Assembly (NCBI GenBank): GCA_964035545.1 | Contig: OZ037771.1 | Location: 8,797,408-8,861,407 of the forward strand | Length of the DNA stretch: 64,000 nt | Direction of reading: 5' to 3' | From: Bugula neritina | Taxonomy: Eukaryota; Animalia; Bryozoa | Shown: in pieces, positions 12,153-19,659 of the stretch | How the letters are laid out: each line of letters starts with the position of its first letter | Position numbering within the stretch: position 1 is the stretch's first letter | Notes under the pieces: generated by a model | Databases searched by the model: none | Seen by the model: only the letters and a program-made list of their open reading frames with translations | Told to the model about the DNA's origin: nothing | Made by a program: the position numbers and the translations under genes

Positions 12153-15100
12153 ATGGACGAGGGAGTAACTGCAATGGAAGGAGGTGAGCAGAACAATATT
12201 ATAGGCCCTCTCGGAGCTAGAGAGGAGGTATATAGGAACATGTTGGAGGTTCCCGTGTTCACAGGCTGCGAGGATATTGAACAATTCGTTCAAGAATTCC
12301 GTGAAACTGCCGCCATTGCAAGATGGCCGCCAAGAGTAACCCTTACAAAATTGCGGATGGCACTGACGGGAGAAGCCAAGCCGTACGGGTGGAAGCCTAG
12401 CATAAACGGGATCATTGCTACACTACGGGCCCGTTTTGGCATGCCCGTTGCCGTCGCCAAGTCCAGACTGCGAGGATTACTCCGCAAGACATGTACACCG
12501 CTTTCTGACCACGCCACTCTGGTGCAGAGACTGGCACGGACCGCGTATAGCGATCTGCCAGAAACACACAGACGGCACTACACATTCGAAGCCTTTGTAC
12601 AGTCTCTCAATTCCTTGGACTTCCACCACCAGTTACAAGCCAAGGGAGTGACCACGATTGAGGCTGCAATCCAAGAGAACAAGGCCTACGCTGGAGCCGA
12701 ACGACTCTATAAGACGGAAGAGGCCACACCCCAGCCCTCTAGGGAGCCAGACCATCCGGTCCGCATAGCTGCCGCGACCACGAAAACCCTCATAGAGACG
12801 GAGATAAGCCACTTGATGACTAGACTGGGAAAATTGGTGGCGACGATAACATACAACCACTCAAGGAAGAGTAAGAGGACGGCAACAAAACCCCCCAGAC
12901 CCATGATGCGACGCTGGGAAAACGGCAATCAGGGACACCGCCACCTGAGTGGCCCACGACTCAAATGGCAGCAGAAACCACAACCTCCCCGGAGACCCCC
13001 AGAGCTCCGCGGACACACACAGAGAGAAAAACGGGGTGGGTGTCGCCAGGAGCCCGTACGGGCCCAGCGACACAACCCCCGTCAATGGCAAACACCTCGC
13101 CGTACCAGCCAACCAGGTCGACCACGAGACCCCTTCTCTCTGCCTCTCACCAACCGCTTCGGTCCGTTACCAATAATGGAACAGACCAGCGAGGCCCCTC
13201 AGGGCATCGGGGAGGATCAGAACACCTCCCCGCAAGGAAACTCTCACCGGCCCCGCAAACCGCGGAACAAACGGGCACAGCCCCGTTCGGCCGAGACCGA
13301 GCACGCTGGGGGGATACGGGTACAACCTCACGGAGGCAGCTACTTCTTGCCAGGGAAGGTGGCCGGTAAAGCTGTCACCTTCCTGTTAGACTCCGGGTGT
13401 ACCACTAATATCCTCAGCCGTCGGGTCTTCGACACCCTCCCTCTCAAGGAGAGGGGAGCCTTAGCTCCCTATACCGGGGAACCGGGCACCCTAGCTGACG
13501 GGTCACGGATTCCTTTCTACGGTATCATAGAATTGGCTGGGCGCGTCCGCGACCAAGCCATTCAGGAAACCTTCATCATCAGCCCACTGGAGGAAGATGC
13601 CATACTAGGGATGCCGTTCTTGAAGAGACACGGGTGCCATATTGACTTTAGCAAGTCAGCCATGCTAATGGGCGGCAAAGAGCTCACCTGTGTCGACAAG
13701 TTCGGTCGTCCTCTAGCGGGAGGTGTGCAGGTAGTACGCAACTGTACTATACCCGGCCGCTCCCGGGCTACCGTTCACTGCAGAGTGAACAATAGCCAAC
13801 TCTCGGGGCTAGGGGTTGTCGAAGGTGCGCACTCTAGAATCCAACTCGCCAGCAGTCTTAACCGGCTGACTGACCGAGGAGAGATCTTGGTGCAGTGTGT
13901 CAACCCCTTCTCCGAAGCGGTACAATTACCGTCAGGATCCATGCTGGGTCGCTTCCACTCCATCCAGGAGGAGGATGTAGGGCCGTCGCTGGGAGCTGCG
14001 ACGGAAGGTCCCCAACAGAGCCCGTCAGTTAGGCGGGGGACCGTCCCATCACACGTCAAAGAGCTATACCAGGCAGCGTGTAACGGCTGCACGGGCAACG
14101 TGGAACGCCAGACTATGGCTCAGTTGCTACGTGATTATAGCGACGTGTTCAGCAGTGGGGACCATGACGTCGGCCTGACCACGGTCGTCCGTCATGAGAT
14201 ACCGCTGGCTGCAGGGACTACCCCTATCCGGCAACCCACCAGGAGGCTGGGACCCGAGAAGGAAAAGGAGGTAAGCCAACAAGTCCGGGATCTTTTGGAC
14301 CGCGGCCTCATCGAGCCAGCGCATAGCGCGTGGAGTTCACCGGTCGTTCTGGTCCGAAAGAAAGACGGCAGTTGGCGGTTCTGTGTGGATTATCGCAAGC
14401 TCAATAGCGTGACCATACAGGACGCCTACCCCTTACCCAGGATCGACGAATCTCTGGACGCCTTAGCCGGCAGCAAGTACTTCAGTACGCTAGACTTGTT
14501 GAGCGGCTATTGGCAGGTCCCCCTCAGCCCAGACGCCCAGGAGAAGGCGGCGTTCATCACGCGGGACGGCTTATGGAAGTGGAAAGTCCTCCCCTTCGGA
14601 CTGACTTCCGCCCCCGCCACGTTCCAGCGGCTCATGGAACAGGTCCTCAGTGGACTCCACTGGAAGACACTGCTAGTGTACCTCGACGACGTCATCGTGA
14701 TCTCCCCAGACTTTCAGACGCACGTCAGCCGTCTGCGGGAGGTCTTCGATCGACTCCGAGGCGCCAATCTGAAGCTCAAACCCTCCAAGTGCGCTCTCTT
14801 GCAGCCAGAGGTGAAGTACCTGGGGCACATCGTCGGCCGCCACGGCGTGGCGACGGATCCTGAAAAGGTACGAGCTATAGAAGATTGGGTAACCCCCCAG
14901 GATTTGACCGGGCTACGGGCTTTCCTGGGGCTGGTAGGGTATTACAGGCAATACATACCAGACTTTGCGGGGGTAGCGCAGCCGTTAAACCGGCTCACCG
15001 CAAAGGGGGTGACCTGGCAGTGGACTCCCGTCGAACAGAGAGCGTTCGACTGCCTCAAAGGCCGCCTGCTGGAGGCCCCTATCCTGGCTTATCCAGACCC

Positions 15101-17612
15101 TGCCCTGGAGTACATCCTCGATACTGACGCCAGTGACCAAAATGTCGGCGCTGTGCTGTCCCAGGTGCAGGAGGGCCGCGAAGTAGTCGTGGCCTACTAC
15201 AGTAAGTCTCTCTCGCCCACTGAACGAAATTACTGCACTACCCGAAAGGAATTGCTGGCAGTAATCAAGTCGGTGAAGCATTTCAGACCTTATCTATACG
15301 GCAGGAAGTTCCGCTTGCGGACCGACCACGCCTCCTTGATTTGGTTATGTAAGAGAGCAGAACCGTCCAGCCAGGTCGCCCGATGGCTCGAGGTCCTGGC
15401 CGAGTTCTCTTACCGGATCGAACACCGACCCGGTAAGAAACACGGCAATGCTGATGGACTGAGCCGGCGACCGGACGAGGGGTGTAAACAGTGCCTCAAC
15501 ATCGAGAAGAGGGACGGAGGTCCCCCAAAATCCGAGTTGAGAGCACTGAACCACTCTGAAACGGAGTATGACTGGGACCAGGGTCAACTCCTACAGAAGG
15601 CCCCTACGCCCCCGGAGGCTATCCAACGCCTCCGTGCCAATCCTGTCTTGGCTGATAACGTTAGGGAGCTACGAAGACTCCAGGAGGACCTCCCTGGAGT
15701 AGTAGCCGACGTATATCGTGCCAAAAAGGAGGGGCGACGACCCAGTGAAGAACAACTGCGGCAGGGATGCACCGAGTTACGGTTGTACTGCCAACGTTGG
15801 GATTCCCTGCGGATCGGGCCAGATGGTCTGCTGACCATCACAGTGGCTGCTCACAACAAACAACACGGCAGAAAAAGGGTGATCTGCCCAGCCGCCATAC
15901 GCCGGGAGTTAGTATGGGACACCCACAAGCAAGCCCACGCCGGGGTGAGCAGGGTTCTCTCCAAGTTACAACTCCGGTGGTACTGGCCCGGCATGGAGCG
16001 TGAGGTGCGGCGTAGAGTCAGACAATGCGAAATCTGCCAGGCCAGCAAGCATGGCCGTCTCCCTGGTGAAGCGGGACGGCGTCGGCTATATGCTGGAAGG
16101 CCATGGCAGGTGGTAGCTATCGACCTAGTCGGACCCATGCCCGTCACCCCCAGGGGAAACAGCTGGATCCTAGTATTAACCGACCACTTTACACGGTGGG
16201 CGGATGCCCTGGCTATTCCAGATGCGTCCGCCCCCACAGTGGCCAGGGTGCTGGACCAAAATGTATTCTGCTATCTCGGACTACCTGAGCAAATACATTC
16301 GGACCAGGGGGCTCAATTCCAGTCCCAACTGTTGAGTGACCTCTGCCGCTTCTGGGGAGTAAACCAAAGCAGGACCACCCCGTACCATCCTCAGGGCAAC
16401 GGGGTGGTGGAACGCAACAATCGCATGTTGGGCGATGCACTGCGCAGCCTGCTCCTCGGCCGGGGTCAGGAGGAGTGGGATACGGTACTACCGCAAGTCA
16501 TGCGGGCCTACCGTAGCACACCACATACCAGTACGGGGGAAACCCCTAACCTCCTGATGCTCGGTCGAGAGACGCGAGTGCCTGACCACCTCGCATACCA
16601 CATCCCAGAGCAGGACTATACCATCCACGAGTATGCCAGTAAATTGATAGAGGACCTGAGGGCCGCACACGAAATACTGCGGGCAAAGCAGTGGCAGGTA
16701 CGGCGAGAGGACTCTCAGGAACCACCCCTCTATCGAACTGGGGACTGGGTGTGGATGATCAACTACCGTAGGCGTCGAGGACAAGCGGCTAAGCTCCAGC
16801 CTAAGTTTGTGGGACCCTACGTAGTAGTTGAGGCTATGCCCAATCATACGTACAAGTTGGAGCGATCTGGACAGGTCTCTGTCCAGAACGAAACCCGCTT
16901 GAAACCGTATTGGGCTAGCCCAGGAGCAGCAGGAGCAGCCCCCCCGTTGTTGGAGCCCAGGAGGCAGACAGTAACGCGTGGGCGGCAACGGCATGGACCA
17001 GAATACGAAGTGGTTGTGCCGCGGGGAGAGGACTTAGTGAGGCAGAAAACGCCACTCCCACCAACGGAAGTGCGCCCACCGCCCCCAGTACCAAGTCTAC
17101 CCCCACCACTTCCGGTTCCGCATCCGCGTCCGGAAGTGCAAAACCCCCCCGTGGGAGGGGCTCCATCTGGAGACAACAGCAGAGAGGGGAACACCACCAC
17201 CAACGGCGGGCCAGAAACACCACAGGTGGAGCAAAATAGCCCACCAGTGAGTACGCCGCCCCAACCAACAGCTATAACTCCCTCTCCAGCTGATGCGTCA
17301 CCTCCCCTGGAACGGGGACAGCATACCAGACAACCCCCAGCATACCTTAAAGATTTCATTTGTGACCGTGTTACAAACGGCAGTTATGAAAGTCTAGCTG
17401 GGTGCCGTACGGAAAGACTGGCAACAAAGCGTGGGAGTTGTGAACACCACGGAAATCTCAACTTTTGCGAAGGCGGAGTAGTAAACAAAACTACTACGCC
17501 CGAGGCAAATAGTTCCAACCGTGCGCAACAACCACGCTGTCCAGTCTTTTCGTACGCTGACATTGTCAAGGGAAGACGCATTCAAACTCAATCCACGGAC
17601 ATCCAAGCTTGA
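12153..17612 (+). CDS. Gag-Pol polyprotein, single ORF of 1819 aa (Gag, protease, RT, RNase H, integrase)
   Basis: FLLDSG protease; RFCVDYRKLN, LPFGL and YLDD in RT; LDTDAS...NADGLS RNase H; H..AH...CEIC, DLVGP, HSDQG, VERNN integrase; GPY motif. Confidence 0.97.
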   Translation: MDEGVTAMEGGEQNNIIGPLGAREEVYRNMLEVPVFTGCEDIEQFVQEFRETAAIARWPPRVTLTKLRMALTGEAKPYGWKPSINGIIATLRARFGMPVAVAKSRLRGLLRKTCTPLSDHATLVQRLARTAYSDLPETHRRHYTFEAFVQSLNSLDFHHQLQAKGVTTIEAAIQENKAYAGAERLYKTEEATPQPSREPDHPVRIAAATTKTLIETEISHLMTRLGKLVATITYNHSRKSKRTATKPPRPMMRRWENGNQGHRHLSGPRLKWQQKPQPPRRPPELRGHTQREKRGGCRQEPVRAQRHNPRQWQTPRRTSQPGRPRDPFSLPLTNRFGPLPIMEQTSEAPQGIGEDQNTSPQGNSHRPRKPRNKRAQPRSAETEHAGGIRVQPHGGSYFLPGKVAGKAVTFLLDSGCTTNILSRRVFDTLPLKERGALAPYTGEPGTLADGSRIPFYGIIELAGRVRDQAIQETFIISPLEEDAILGMPFLKRHGCHIDFSKSAMLMGGKELTCVDKFGRPLAGGVQVVRNCTIPGRSRATVHCRVNNSQLSGLGVVEGAHSRIQLASSLNRLTDRGEILVQCVNPFSEAVQLPSGSMLGRFHSIQEEDVGPSLGAATEGPQQSPSVRRGTVPSHVKELYQAACNGCTGNVERQTMAQLLRDYSDVFSSGDHDVGLTTVVRHEIPLAAGTTPIRQPTRRLGPEKEKEVSQQVRDLLDRGLIEPAHSAWSSPVVLVRKKDGSWRFCVDYRKLNSVTIQDAYPLPRIDESLDALAGSKYFSTLDLLSGYWQVPLSPDAQEKAAFITRDGLWKWKVLPFGLTSAPATFQRLMEQVLSGLHWKTLLVYLDDVIVISPDFQTHVSRLREVFDRLRGANLKLKPSKCALLQPEVKYLGHIVGRHGVATDPEKVRAIEDWVTPQDLTGLRAFLGLVGYYRQYIPDFAGVAQPLNRLTAKGVTWQWTPVEQRAFDCLKGRLLEAPILAYPDPALEYILDTDASDQNVGAVLSQVQEGREVVVAYYSKSLSPTERNYCTTRKELLAVIKSVKHFRPYLYGRKFRLRTDHASLIWLCKRAEPSSQVARWLEVLAEFSYRIEHRPGKKHGNADGLSRRPDEGCKQCLNIEKRDGGPPKSELRALNHSETEYDWDQGQLLQKAPTPPEAIQRLRANPVLADNVRELRRLQEDLPGVVADVYRAKKEGRRPSEEQLRQGCTELRLYCQRWDSLRIGPDGLLTITVAAHNKQHGRKRVICPAAIRRELVWDTHKQAHAGVSRVLSKLQLRWYWPGMEREVRRRVRQCEICQASKHGRLPGEAGRRRLYAGRPWQVVAIDLVGPMPVTPRGNSWILVLTDHFTRWADALAIPDASAPTVARVLDQNVFCYLGLPEQIHSDQGAQFQSQLLSDLCRFWGVNQSRTTPYHPQGNGVVERNNRMLGDALRSLLLGRGQEEWDTVLPQVMRAYRSTPHTSTGETPNLLMLGRETRVPDHLAYHIPEQDYTIHEYASKLIEDLRAAHEILRAKQWQVRREDSQEPPLYRTGDWVWMINYRRRRGQAAKLQPKFVGPYVVVEAMPNHTYKLERSGQVSVQNETRLKPYWASPGAAGAAPPLLEPRRQTVTRGRQRHGPEYEVVVPRGEDLVRQKTPLPPTEVRPPPPVPSLPPPLPVPHPRPEVQNPPVGGAPSGDNSREGNTTTNGGPETPQVEQNSPPVSTPPQPTAITPSPADASPPLERGQHTRQPPAYLKDFICDRVTNGSYESLAGCRTERLATKRGSCEHHGNLNFCEGGVVNKTTTPEANSSNRAQQPRCPVFSYADIVKGRRIQTQSTDIQA

Positions 17613-17621
17613 ACGCTGAGT

Positions 17622-18767
17622 ATGATTACAAATACCGGGTTCTCAGGTAAGCTTGCTCTGAGCTAACATTTCCACTCATGGAAACCAGTCTACCATCAGT
17701 CAGTTCTGATTTAATCGCCTTGATTGAATCACAACTACTGGGGACTGAGTCCTACGTGAAAGGCGACGAGAACATAAAGATGGCCGACGATCTACTAGAT
17801 CTGGAGCTTGACACTATGTCTCTCTGTCAGTCTACACGACATGACTCAGTCCCGCGAGTGCTATCTGAAAAGATGTATGACTCTCAGACTAGTAACAGTC
17901 GGTTGTCATCAGAATTATGGTGTAAAGATCATATCCGATCTAACAGTAATTCTGCTCTTTTAGATACCGCTCTCTCTCCTCTATCTGGTGACATGCCGTC
18001 ACTAGAAATGGCTTGGAACGAGGAACCCGTTCCCACTACTCTTCCGGAGGCACTCCTACAACAATCATGCTGGGTTACAACAGATACAGAAACACTGATA
18101 CGAGAGCACAAAGGAGATGACCAATGCACCACCTGCCGTTTATGCCAGCTTCATTTCACTACCCCACGAAGACTCCGAGTTCATATTCCTCAACATTACT
18201 TCACCACCTTTTGTCCCTGTGGTGAATACAGTTACCACAGGGACTACATCCTCCGTCACCAACGAACCATGGGATGCCATATTGGACACCTATTCGAAGT
18301 CGACGAACCCTCCTTTCCACAATTCCTTAATCTCATCCGACCGTTCATATCAGACCCAATTCGATATGAACGGCTGCGCCAGGAGTTCCCCGCACCCAGG
18401 ACCATCACACAGGGACCCTGCCCTAAACCACCCGGATATAGGAAACCCCGCATATCCCATTCCTCACCCCCCGCACGCACAGTGCCTCGCCCCGACTCTA
18501 TACCAAGAGTCGTGTTACGACGCATCGATATACCACAGCGATGGCGTCCCTCCCCCCCTGTCTCCCCCAAGGCCGTCTCGTAAGCGGCGTTGGCCATCTT
18601 CATCCCCCAATCGACACTCTGCCCCCGCCAGGAATCTAGGCGAGGCAGAAGAGCGGATACGAGAATTAGAGAAAGAGGTGCAAAGACTGACACCGAGAAT
18701 CTCCGCCGCCGCATCAGAACTCCGGGCCCTCTCTGCCTCTGTAGCCCGAATGAAAGGAAGTGCTTGA
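17622..18767 (+). CDS. Spliced accessory gene of Gypsy-1: join 17622-17646,17964-18583; coiled-coil tail continues to 18767 in the +1 frame
   Basis: ATG micro-exon MITNTGFS then CAG|GTAAG; branch-like CTAAC and TCTGCTCTTTTAG| acceptor; in frame with CRLC-x12-HIPQH and CPC-x12-H-x5-C; the same structure occurs in two other copies. Confidence 0.8.
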
Positions 18768-19115
18768 AGGTGATGTCCCTCCTTTCCTATCCGTGATGGT
18801 ACAGCAGGTGGTGCCCCAGTACAGACCCTTCTCACGCTAGTGCTCACAGACAATTACTCAGTGTAACAATATAGTAACCTACCAGTATACAACTCTAACT
18901 CTACAAACTATTCCCTTATAGTGCCTCCCGCCGGTGCCATTGTACATTTACTGTTATATTTTTTTTATGTATGTACATGTTTCTTACTACTGTACATAGC
19001 CATGTTTTTTTCTTTGTGTGCCACACGCTCTCTCAGTTTTTATATATATATAGTTTTATAACATTTTATGTTTGCATTATCTAATCTGTGTTATCAGAAA
19101 GTAGGGCTTTCTGCT

Positions 19116-19126
19116 GGAGGGGGCGG
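19116..19126 (+). promoter_or_regulatory. Polypurine tract of Gypsy-1
   Basis: GGAGGGGGCGG directly before the 3' LTR. Confidence 0.9.
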
Positions 19127-19398
19127 TGTAGTGAGGACGTAATACGCGCGTCCCCGCATTCCTTCAGCCTATCCAAGTGCGTCACGTGATAGGCCTTAGT
19201 TAGTAGTAGTTTTGCAAGAGAGAGAGCGTGCTAACTAAGCGAAGATGTAATCTCTAATCTGTGTACGAGCTGTATCTTTTATATAATTAGTAGTAAATAA
19301 ACGTTGGAAGCTTTTACCTAAATACTTTATTGGTGTAGATAAATAGACATAATTACAAAGCTAGGAACCCACGCATAGTAGTTACACAAATTACTACA
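19127..19398 (+). repeat. Gypsy-1 3' LTR
   Basis: Direct repeat of 11820-12091, followed by the ATAT TSD. Confidence 0.97.
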
Positions 19399-19402
19399 AT
19401 AT

Positions 19403-19632
19403 TCAGGCTTCAGCTTTTGGACAGGATGATAACAAAGACTTTTCCCTGTATATAAAGAGGCGAGCTCACAGAGTAAACTCAGTTTACTACCACTGGAGCT
19501 CACCGGATAAAGACCACTTTCACTCGCTACCTATATTACAATAAATATTTTTACACTCAAGCTCACTACCTCATCTTCTATACTGGAGTTATGCTTTCCA
19601 CTTAATTGCATTCTACTCACAAAACTACTACA
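19403..19632 (+). mobile_element. Solo LTR A, 3' part
   Basis: TATATAAA (19449), TCAGT 30 nt later, AATAAA; ends CTACTACA followed by ATAC, matching ATAC before 11620. Confidence 0.75.
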
Positions 19633-19659
19633 ATACTACAAAACTTTTTTTGCATTGCC

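Larger units (their letters stand above)
11820..19398 (+). mobile_element. Gypsy-1: full-length, very young Ty3/Gypsy LTR retrotransposon
   Basis: 272-bp LTRs TGTAG...CTACA (11820-12091, 19127-19398) differing at one position by eye; ATAT TSD; tRNA-Leu PBS; PPT; intact gag-pol. Confidence 0.97.

Noticed and set aside
12290-17606. Many short antisense and alternate-frame ORFs over gag-pol
   Set aside because: Expected shadows of a GC-rich coding region; no recognisable motifs.
17678-18583. env gene in the post-pol position
   Set aside because: No signal peptide, transmembrane helix or fusion-protein layout; it encodes zinc fingers instead.
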